A stretch of 63,926 nt of DNA, the filler included, from Intoshia linei (taxonomy: Eukaryota > Animalia > Orthonectida): the NCBI GenBank assembly GCA_001642005.1. It is 5 parts of 5 records of this genome, joined end to end, with 100 filler letters (N's around TTAATTAATTAA, not from the genome) between each part and the next. Parts side by side here need not be neighbours in the genome. Positions count along the whole stretch, not along the records: positions 24,390 to 30,748 come from LWCA01001675.1; positions 30,849 to 60,969 come from LWCA01000379.1; 3 more parts are not named here. The stretch is one strand, 5' to 3'. The position numbers and the translations under genes are program-made. The notes under the pieces are model-generated. The model saw only the letters and a list, made by a program, of their open reading frames with translations. It did no database searches and had not been told where the DNA came from. Below are positions 27,562-38,600 of this stretch, piece after piece. Within the stretch, counting starts at the first letter, position 1, and every line of letters starts with the position of its first letter.

Positions 27562-27880
27562 AATTTCACATAAAAATGTTATGATGATATATTGTAGCTA
27601 TGTTTTGAGTGGTCTTGTGTTGATCTTCATGTTTGAGTGTTCACTTTGCATCTTTAAATTCAATTATACCTCATTTATTTTTGTTTTTAGAGAAAATTTA
27701 TATCAATGAAAAATGATAATTTTTAAAAAATTATAACAACTTTAAACATCGATAAAATAAAAAGTAAACGAGGTAGAATTGAATTTAAAAATGCAAAGTG
27801 AACACTCAAACATGAAGATCAACACAAGACCACTCCAAACATAGCTACAATATATCATCATAACATTTTTGTATGAAATT
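27562..27880. repeat. Foldback element: ~120-bp near-perfect inverted arms (27562-27682 and 27759-27880)
   Basis: TGTTATGATGATATATTGTAGCTATGTTTTGAGTGGTCTTGTGTTGATCTTCATGTTTGAGTGTTCACTTTGCAT recurs as its reverse complement with few mismatches. Confidence 0.9.
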
Positions 27881-28129
27881 TTTAAAATGGCAAGCGACTA
27901 GGCAAAAAATTCTCTAAAATCTTTTTTTTTCAGTGTAGCCATAAAACTGTCATACGCGACTTTATCCGTTCCTGCATGTAGCGATACTATCGGTAACCAA
28001 ATATATCGCTAATCGTGTAGCTACGAGAATTGCCAGAAAATGAAATAATAAGAAGATAACTTATTTGTATTTTAAATTATAAATTGATCTAATAAACAAT
28101 TCAACAATTTTTTAATTGTTAAACAAAAC

Positions 28130-28650
28130 TTAGATACACGTCACACTGCACCTTAAAATTTCCAATAATATTTCCATAAAATAAAATAACAACAGTTTTT
28201 GCCGGGGGGTTCGCAAACATAATTTCAACCTTCCAAACTGAAATCTTATGGGTCAAAAACCCCAATTATTCTTTTTTTTGAAAATCAAACAAGTTGAAGA
28301 ATTTAAAAAAATATAAACGCTGATACAGATTTTAAAAATCATAAACATTAACATATAATCATAAATTTAAATTTAAAATAATTATATCTTCAGGACCAAA
28401 ACCACAAATTACCCTTATTTGTTTAATGAAAACACAATAGAATTTCAAAAAAAATTTAGGTGCTACAGGTGTATGCTGTTAACACACACAGAAAATTTCA
28501 ATCCAAATAAGTGACAACTTCACGGTCAAAAAAGCATTTTAGTATTCATATTTTTTTTTTGAAATATTTTATTATTTTTTAAGTATAATAAAAATGTGCT
28601 TTCGGCAGAGCTAAGTTCTGTTTGTACGTAGTACATAACAGTCAACCTAG
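28130..28650 (+). mobile_element. Helitron-like family copy (3' part)
   Basis: Ends TTTGTACGTAGTACATAACAGTCAACCTAG|T, a TGTAC-GTA-GTACA mini hairpin just before CTAG. Internal units are shared with 44726-45810 and 57250-57690. Confidence 0.7.
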
Positions 28651-29124
28651 TTAAATATACTTATACTGCAGTGGTTATTACGTTTTTATTAAAAATAGTT
28701 TGTGAAAATAAGAGTCATGTACGCTATACTCGGTTTTATTCATTCATTTTTTTATTATTATGGATTAATTTAAAAATTTTTCGATTTATGTGATATTTAA
28801 AAAAAATTTATTTAAAATTCTTTAATTTATATAAATTAGGGTGTTGAAGCTAAAGTTAAAGAGTTGTTGCTGGAATAAATACATTTGCGATTCTAATTTT
28901 TAAATATAATTGCCTATAAAATTATAAAATTCAATTTAATGTGATGAATATATTTTAAAAATTGTTGATATATTTTGAATAAATGTTTTTTATATATTGT
29001 AAAACACTTATATATAGGGATACTTTATGGAAAAATAAGGACTATTCTGGGTTGATTAAATATTATTTATATATAGTAGCGTTTATTTTAATTTAAAATG
29101 GTACATATCTTGCTATATTGACGA

Positions 29125-29374
29125 TGTACAGTTCACTTATATACTTGGTCGTTATAATCAATGTATTGAATACAAACCGTGTTCTGCATACTCACGAATT
29201 TTTAAATTTATGGCAGTCGTGTTTTGACATGACATCGTATATGGATTATTTAAATGGTAAGTAATATAAAACGTATACATTACTGTACATTTAATGATTA
29301 ATATAATATTAGATTCGATACTAAAATTAAAATTTAGCGGTAAAATATGGGGGAATCAAGCATACGCAATATAG
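29125..29374 (+). CDS. Possible small two-exon gene of unknown function
   Basis: MYSSLIYLVVIINVLNTNRVLHTHEFLNLWQSCFDMTSYMDYLN ends at a consensus G|GTAAGT donor. An acceptor at ~29312 continues DSILKLKFSGKIWGNQAYAI*. No homology recognised. Confidence 0.25.
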
Positions 29375-30848
29375 ACCTATATATTACGCACAAGCATGTT
29401 GTTTCCACGGTAATATAGTGCAATCATTCATATTTTAGATAATTTGGATTATTTTTCACTACATTATATACCATGTTGTTCTCAGATATTTTACTTTACC
29501 TAACTAATAACTAAAACGTAGTTCAAATCAATTTTACAAATAAGAATAGTAAATTCTCGAACATTTTTTGGGGCACTAGTCACTTTTTTCACTAAAATTA
29601 AAATTAAACTATTACTATGGTTACTGCATTAATTAAACGACATATATGACGATGAATTATCTACGAATATTATTTATTAAGCGACCCTGAGAATATATTA
29701 GAAACAAGATGATATTCGTAATATTAACATTTATTTGTTTATAAGAATGTAAATTTATTAAATATCTCCCAATTGACACTAGAGCCAAACCTAATATGCT
29801 TCGAAAAATCTTTGTAAATCAAAAAGAGCCCCTAGCAATCTCTCCAAACATTTGGACTATACAGTTTATATTTGAGACACAAAACGGTTGAATGACATAA
29901 AAATATAATATTTTTAAATGAAAAAATTTTGGAAAATGAGATTTTTTAGGGGTAAGTTTGTTTTTATTTGATATTTAGTGGTCACTTTTAGAAATAAATA
30001 TAATTTATATTAGTACAGTGTTATTATAACCTTTAAAATGGTCGTCACTTTTTGGAGGTGGTCATCTATACAAAGTGGTCAGTGACCACTAATCACTTTT
30101 CGAGCATCTACTCTAGAGTATATATTAAAGTAGGTTTTTAATATAAATCTGAATATTAATTTTTTTTTTGGAAAAAAAATACATGAATACTAAAATGTTT
30201 TTTTGACCGTGAAGTCGTCACTTATTCGGATTGAAATTTTTTGTGTGTGTTAACATGATACAACTATACTACCTGTAAATTTTTTAAATTCTAGGGATGT
30301 TTTTATTAAAAAAATGGTAATCTGTGGTTTTGACCCTGAAGATATATTTTTTTTAAATTTAAATTTATGATAATAGTAATGATTAAATCATAAAAATAAA
30401 CTTACTACAACATATAATAACCTTAGTAACGAATCAAGAGATTATCAAATATTAATTATATTGTAACCCGTAATTAATATTAAACTTTAAACAAAGACCT
30501 TGGTCTACGACATTACTACATATTAATTACTCTCAAATTACAATAGAAAAATATTTTGATAAACCGCCACATTTATTAAACGAAAACAATCTATGCACGA
30601 TGCCACCAAAATGTTGGATTGAGGAAGCAGAACAATTTATTGAATTGATATCAACCGAAAAAATTGATGATACAAAAAAATTACTTGCTAAAAAATGCTC
30701 AAAAACTTAATGGGAGCAAAAGCAAGAATGATACTTAAACGAAAGAAANNNNNNNNNNNNNNNNNNNNNNNNNNNNNNNNNNNNNNNNNNNNTTAATTAA
30801 TTAANNNNNNNNNNNNNNNNNNNNNNNNNNNNNNNNNNNNNNNNNNNN

Positions 30849-31400
30849 AAAAGTATGAAAAATAAGGAATTTAATAGTACAAAATGTGAATTTTCACGAG
30901 GATTTAAAAAAGAAATGGAATTAAATCTTACAAGTTATGTGGTGAGTCTGGAGGTGCTGATATTAAAGCTGCTAATCAATTTGTCAGTGATTTTAAATAG
31001 ATTATTTTCCAAGAAAATTTAACAAAAACACAAATTTACAATATGGATGAAACCGGCCTAGAATGGCGTAAAATGTCTAAAAATACATTATCGAATTTAT
31101 TCGAGAGAAAGAAAATGAAAATGGGCAAAAAATGTAGTAAGGAGAGGATTACCATTTGCTGCACTTCTAATATGGATGGAACTGATAAACAAAAATTAAT
31201 GGTTTTTGGTAAAAGCAAAATGCTAAGAAGTTTTAAAGGGTATGATCCACCTGTATATTATACTTCATCTAAATCGAGTTTGGTTTGTAGAGATATCATC
31301 ATTGATTGGTTTTATAATCACTTTGTACCTAACTCTAGGGCTCATTGTAGAAACTCTCTAAACTGGACAACCCTAAAATTAATGCATTATTTAGTCATTT
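30849..31400 (+). mobile_element. pogo/Tigger (CENP-B-like DDE_1) transposase fragment
   Basis: QIYNMDETGLEWR, KERITICCTSNMDGTDKQKLMVFGKSK and IDWFYNHFVP. Confidence 0.88.
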
Positions 31401-31830
31401 AATAATAAATCGAGCTAAAGCGGCTGTCAACCAACTTGGATTAAACAATGCTTTGATTCAAATATGTACATATTTATCTCTGTTAGATCTGATAGAAATA
31501 GCTCAAGAATCGTCATTTAACATAGAAAGGACCTATATTGTATAATGTAATTTGTCCTTTGATTCGGATCCCTACAGCATAAAGGATTATATTAAGAAAC
31601 GTCTATCGAAAAACGACATATATGCCATTATGAATAATTTAGATTCAAACAAATCCCCAATATTATATCATTCTTTAAGGAATGCTCCTTCTACATATGT
31701 CAGCGTAGAAATAAGTTTTAGTCTGTTAAAAAAATGGTAACTAAACAGAGACCATTAACACCTGAAAATATCAAAAAATATATAATTTTGTATCACAACA
31801 ATAAATACTCTATTAATTATCTATTTGCAT
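31400..31830 (+). mobile_element. C-terminal fragment of a CGGBP1-like/hAT-related transposase
   Basis: DPYSIKDYIKKRLSKNDI and LRNAPSTYVSVEISFSLLKK (an SVERSFS-type motif), followed by frameshifted RPLTPENIKKYIILYHN. Confidence 0.65.
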
Positions 31831-33353
31831 AGTCTAATTTTTTTTATTTAAATTAATATTTGGTATATTGAATATATCTGAATATTGAGTATGAAGGACA
31901 TTCTTGAAGGTAAACAATAGAAAGTTATTTTTTTAGAGAAAAAAATTTTCAGTGGTTTCGCTGGTAAAAAGTTTATTTGAAATTTTTAATTTGGTGTGGA
32001 CAAATTAACACACAAACAAAAGAAAACAGAAAAAAATTTTTTGACACAACTGAAACGTTTTGCTTTCTAAATCAATTTATATAATTACATATATATGTAT
32101 ATCAATACCCGTTGGGCATATATTATTATTAATTAATGATGTTTATTTTATATTATATTTATTCCATAACTAGCGTAACAATTTTATTATAAGTTTTTTT
32201 AAAACAATATTGTTGATATTGAAGCAAAATTACTTTAAAATTTTAACAAATGATTGTTTTTTCCATGATTAATTATTTTTTAAAAGGGTAACGTGGGGTT
32301 TTTATGATGAAAATAAATTTTTTGAGGTTGCCATATATGGTAATGTTTATAATTTTAAAAAAAAACTCAGAATTTATATTCTATTATATATACAATTTTA
32401 GGAGACATACATTTTTAACTAAATTATTTTATCCTTATTATTCAAGTGCTAAAATTTTAAATATCGAAATCTTTTATTTCACTTCTAATTGTTCTTATTA
32501 ATGTTAAATCAAGATTCTGATAATCCTAATTTTAAAGTCAAAAATGTAAAAAAAAATTTCGTCGAACTTTCAAAAATGATGTGGTACGTACTTTTTAAAA
32601 CAAACTGTATTATATCGTTAAAATGGTTTAGAATTAAAAAAGTTAAGAGCCCATTTTAGAACGAAAATGGTTTATCTACTGGCGCTATTATGTAACATGC
32701 CAACTTTCACGGCAGGCTCCGATACATGCATTCAAATTTAACCCATACATATTGATTATATTTTCACTGAACATTAAAGTCTGTTTATATAAAAATTTTT
32801 AATCTAATAATCATAATTGTACATTCCACAAATTAATAACGAAATGAAACTATCGATTTTACCTTAACCATTTTTTAATAAATTTCATATTTATAATTTT
32901 ATAAAATATTGATTTTTTAAAACACATTAATACAATGTGTAAAATAGAGTAATATGAAATTTAAGATCTTTTCGATGTTTTCAATCGATTTAAATAAACT
33001 ATTTAGTCTGATGGAAGGGAAACAAAATCCGATAAAGTATGTATAATGATTAATGATATAAAATATTAATTAGTTGCTAAATCTGATTGTGGAACAAAGC
33101 TATACAGAATCATTGGTATACAATTATCCATTGAAATCAAGTGTTAATCAGATTACAGCTTAGATTTATCATAATATATTATATCAATATATAGATATCT
33201 AGAACGAATTGGAAAACGAGAAAAAGAGTAATTGCTTAAAGCATTTATGACCTCTGTGGCTAATAAATCGAGACATTGTTAAATTTACTCAAATGTTAAA
33301 GTATAGTACATTAATTTAAAGTGAGAATTTAATTTTAATTTTACTTTTACTAA

Positions 33354-34224
33354 ATGAAAATGAGCCTTTTATCTTGTTGTATCCCTTTCAGAGCCATATC
33401 TCATCAATGTATAATTTATTGCATAATTATGATAAATGTGCTAATTAGACGCAAACAATGAATTGAGTCCTGTTATAACAAAGGTTTCAAGCATTGAGAA
33501 CGTTTCAATGGAAGATAAAAACACGGTTCAAGACTATTCCTCCGTGAAAGAAATTAAAATAATTCAACATAATGAATTGTCCAAAATAACTATTCGATAC
33601 AGTTTATCCGATCCATTGGGCATTAATTTCTATTTAAGAGGCGATCAGGTAATTATTTAAAAGCATTATGAAAGTTAACTATACATGCAGCTCTACGTTC
33701 TGAACATAGCAATCGGTGGATCCGTTGATTATGATGGTCGATTATTTCAAAATGATAAAATATTAAAAATTAATAATCACATTATAAAAAAAGATGACCT
33801 TGATGATTGTTACAAGTACATGCTGTCCAATGCAGAAGAAGTTGTATTTATCATTGTAAGGTAAACCACATTAAATTATTCAAATAATAATGTTTAGACA
33901 AAACAAAAACTTTGATTCATTTTTTGTGGGTAATATCGTAAAAATCGATACTAAGGAAACACCAGTATTGGGGTTATTTTTTTCTCAATTTGGGAATACC
34001 AAACAAATTTATGTCTCAAAAAAAGTAATAATATAATTACAGAATTATAAACTAAAATTTAGTCATCAAATTGCAAATTAAATAATGTTCATGTTGGAGA
34101 TATTGTGACAACAATAAACTCTGTGGATATAAAAAATATAAATCTTTGGCATTTTTTTGTAAAAATTTCAATGATAAAAGAAAGACTGGAATTAATATTT
34201 AACCACCCAACGGCAATACCTTAA
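33354..34224 (+). CDS. Small protein with two divergent PDZ domains, 5 exons
   Basis: MKMSLLSCCIPF...SDPLGINFYLRGDQ|LYVLNIAIGGSVDYDGRLFQNDKILKINN...VVFIIVR|...PVLGLFFSQFGNTKQIYVSKK|...VHVGDIVTTINSVDI...HPTAIP*. Four short GT-AG introns, all in phase. Confidence 0.8.
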
Positions 34225-34250
34225 TTTTTTACACATTAAATATTATAAAA

Positions 34251-35557
34251 CTATTTTTTATTTTTCTTTAACAAATACTTTGCAGCCTTTTCTTCGTTCT
34301 TCTCAAATGCAATGTACACATTAAAGGCGTTGTCATAAGTGAAATTACCATTGTCCTCAAGCTAAATTGGTTAAAATATAACAAAACAAAAAAGTTTTTC
34401 AATGCAAGGTATATATGAGCATATATAACAAGGTATCCAGGACCCTCGAAATTAAAAATTCCAGTAATTTAAGACATTTTAACGACGTCACCCATTTGTA
34501 TAAGTCTATTAACAAAAATTTATAGGTATTAATTCTCATCATGTAATGGACTCGGTGCATTCCAATTTGGGAGGTGTTCGAACATCGTATTTACCCTTTT
34601 AATTGCTTCTTTATCTTTTTGAGTAATTTCAATGTGTAATTGAGGGGTCTGTTGAGTTTCATTGGTGTCAGCATTTAACATTTCAATAAATGCGTCTTCG
34701 TTATTTTTGATGCTCTAAAAATAAATTAAAAGTAATTTTCCAATCCTCACGTTTAACAAATCAGGATTCTGAACCTGCATTTTGCTCAAAATTGTGTTTA
34801 ACAAATGAGGGTCTGCTTTAACAACATTTTTGATATCTTTGAAAATATCCTTGGATTTTAATTGTTCCTCAAACGATTTCGTACTTTCGTCTTCTTCTTT
34901 GATTTCGGCAATGTTCATTTCAACTAAAATCAAAATGTAACGATTGGAATTTTTTTTACCGTCATCATCTTGACCCATTTCATTTGTCTAAAATCAATTT
35001 CACATAAATTACAATATTCGTACTGCTAATAGAATTGAAACTGCAGATGCCAAATCCCCGTCAGTGTTCACTATTGCTCGAATGCAATGGTTTCTCGGAA
35101 AACCCATATCCTGTAATTGTTTTATGCTTTCTTCATATTTTTCTGGAGTGGGTGTTTCTATTACTTTAGCATCCTTTTCTTCTTTAGGCTCTGGTTTTGA
35201 TTCCTCTTTATCTACTCGTACTTCTTTTTCAACTTCTGTCTCTTCTTTTTTGGCGGAAGGTATTCTAGCCTAAAAAGTTTTATATATAAATTATATTTTT
35301 ACCGTTTTAGGACACAAAACAACAATATACGCATTTTCTTTTAGACCATAACTATTCAGAGTATCTTCATTGTTCATAATTTTACCCTTATAGATTAGTT
35401 TTACACTGATGTATCGATCTCCTCGCGATTCTTCCAATTGCTTTTTTAAATTTTCAACCTAGTGTTGTTTGTTGATATTAAAAAAATCTACCTTCATGTT
35501 CTCATTCACTTCCATTTGGAACATTTTCTCGTGTAAAGGTCTGCACTCGATAATCAT
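34251..35557 (-). CDS. RAD23: RAD23-like ubiquitin shuttle (UBL, UBA, STI1/XPC-binding, UBA), 7 exons
   Basis: UBL KLIYKGKIMNNEDTLNSYGLKENAYIVV; UBA1 IKQLQDMGFPRNHCIRAI; STI1 DPHLLNTILSKMQVQNPDLLN|SIKNNEDAFIEMLN; UBA2 IEITQKDKEAIKR|LEDNGNF...VYIAFEKNEEKAAKYLL. Confidence 0.9.
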
Positions 35558-35652
35558 TTTAAAACAGTTAATAATTTTATAATTTGATAGTGAAATGAAG
35601 TTATTTTAAAATTTATTTTAATTTCAAATTTGGTTATACATTGGGATAGCGA

Positions 35653-38600
35653 CTACATTGTCACCTTGTACATTCTCGATCGTATAGAATTGTAATCGCT
35701 CATTTGCTCGATTGGACCAAGACCCACATATGCTGGACATTTGTCGTAGATATATTTCATACATACCCGTTTTAACTCTTCTGCGTCCACAGCCTAAATT
35801 TTTTAATATACATTAAATAAGCAGTTTGTAAACATCAATTCTTTGACAAATTTCGTGCATATTGGCTCTGCGACTGTAGCATAACAATTGTCTAAAGTAC
35901 TGATTTATTTGGAATAGATTAGAAAAATAATTAAACTACCGTCCAATTTCTTCACAAATCGCGGTAGTTCCATCTAAACTAAGAGCTAAATTTGTCTTTA
36001 AAATATTTTTAGCTCGTTGAACTTCAAAATCTGTAACTGTTGAACATAATTTCATCCTATAATTTAAGTTTAAAAAAAAATAAATGTAGTATACCATTCA
36101 TCCAATATTATTGTTTCCATGCAAGATATGTGGTCCTTGTCACAAACAAAGTAAATTCCCCTAAAATTAAGTAAATTTTTTAATTTATAATTTTTAATAC
36201 AGTACAGTATAGTACTGTATTATATAAAAAAGTCCTGATAAAAGCTTTGTTCCAATATCAGTTTTTCAAAACCCGAAAAAGCCAATAGTGCGATAAGGGA
36301 GTAGATAATTCTGAAAATGTTGAATAAGTAACACATCAAAAAAATTAATCCAGATCACATCAAATTAAAACACAAAATTACCACAATCCAGTGTTACTGT
36401 AACAAGTATTGAATGATTGAAAACTGTAACCAACATTTTGAGAATCGCAATATTTAGCAATATTAGAAGCAGGTGATTGTTGAAATCCTCCTTGTGTGCA
36501 GTCCCAACAACCTACTAGAGCACTGGCAATCATTAGAGTGATACTGTCCGACGGTTCCCAACCACCGCTTTGCACCGCCAAGGCCATATGTGCCAGCGGC
36601 ATATTATCATCTCTGTGTCTAATTTCACTTCCTGTAAATCTACATGGAAGTCTTTCAGGAATAACACTTTCGTAATGACAAGTCAATTTTCCCAAATTTT
36701 GTTCAGCTAATTTGTGCAATTCGTCGTGATTTATACCTACATAAAAATATTATTTACATGTTAATTTTAATTGCTAAATAATAATTAATAATTGCTTAAT
36801 AAGAATATTCTTAAATCAAACCATTTTTACTAAAAATCAAAATTTATCAACCATTAAATTCCATAAGTTTACATTATAGAAAATGTATAAATTATGTAAT
36901 CTGAGTTCTACGAATAGACATGGATAACCCACCACAGAAAATAATATTTCAATTGATACACTAGTCGCAGGTATTGATAATTTAATTATTTCTGCGATAT
37001 TCCAGGCATTAATGGAAAAACAAATCAGATTGGCAAAATAAATAGTTTTTAAAAATAAGCTTATTCTTAAAAGTATTGAGTTTTGAAACTCAGTACAAGT
37101 AAAACTCAGTACTTATTAAATAACAGTACTCAGTAAAACGCAGTGCTTTTTACAAAAGTTGAACAGTGTTCAATGAACACACTACCCGATACCCTCCTCA
37201 AATTGGGTTCAATTAATTAATTTAGAGCAAAATTTATTCTGCTTTTTAGCAGTTATGAACTTGAATATTTCAAATAGAACAGCCACGTTAAACTCAAATA
37301 CGTGACAAGCCGTATTATAAATTTTTTTGTAACATCACCTTTGGAAATCATTCTAATAAGAATCGAAATAATTGTTTAATACACAATATGTATTTAAAAG
37401 TGACGCCAACCAGATAATAATAGACGTTATAAATTCAATATACAATAACTAACATTTTTTAAATAAATTTATGCTCTTGGGGCTATAATAGATTTTGTTA
37501 ATAGTTATTTCATACAGATATAAAAAAACTATTTTTTCAATGTTATCCTACTATCGTGGTAAGCATCATAGCCTATGACAGTACCTCATATTTTTTATTT
37601 TACACGTTGTTCACCGTCAAAAAAGTTTGAGAACCACTGATTTAAACAATGAACTAAAAACTAGCTTGTTAACACAATAATAAATACTTTATTTATACCC
37701 AGTTTTACCGTATATGAGATATTTTCGTCATTTAATGCAGTGGTTTCCAAATAGGGGTCTACAGAGTCTGAGGGGGAGCAGATTTAAGAAAAATTTAAAA
37801 TTAAATTAGAATCGTTAACATTAATCTGATTTAGTGTTTGATATTTAATATATTCTTGAAATTCGGATAAATTTTAGATTCTAATTATAATTTAAATGTT
37901 ATTAACCCTTACGAGACAATAACACGTATATAAACAAAAAAAAAAATCATAAATTTAAAATTGTTTCTATACTTAACCCTAGTAACTAGGGTTAACTTGT
38001 CATCTATATTAAAGTATGATTTATAACGAAAATAAAACAAGTAATATTAAAAGAACATTTTTTTAATCGCTGTTATAATAATATAATAAACATATTCACT
38101 ATTTTGTACTAATTGATCTCCTCTAAAAATATTTGTATACTGTTAAGGGGTCGACAATATATTTTTTTGGGAACCACTCAGTTAATGTGTTTCTTTAAAT
38201 TTTTTTCGTTAATTTTATAAATGAGAATAATTGCTCACATACCCATGTTGAGACAAATACAGCTACTATTTTAATTACGAATTTTATCTGATTATTAAAT
38301 GATTTCGAAAAGTTCGAATAAAATTTAAACATGAAAATTTCGTTAAATATATTTTTGAGTTATTTTTTGAATTTAATTATAACTTCAAAACGTCCATCTT
38401 TGACACCCATTAGGATTACATATTTGTATAGTTCAATATCTTAACTATCAAAGTCAGACATTTTAAATTTTTCATTTAGACGTGATATAAATTTTGCGTT
38501 GAATATTTTAGCAGACTGTATAAGTCGCAATCGAGAAAAAAATCGTAAATATGTTTTAAATTCAAGCGGCCATGGTTTTTTCAATCTTTGAAAAATTTGT

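Noticed and set aside
32930-33280. Exon-like segments upstream of the PDZ gene
   Set aside because: Splice signals are present, but I could not build a consistent open frame from an ATG.
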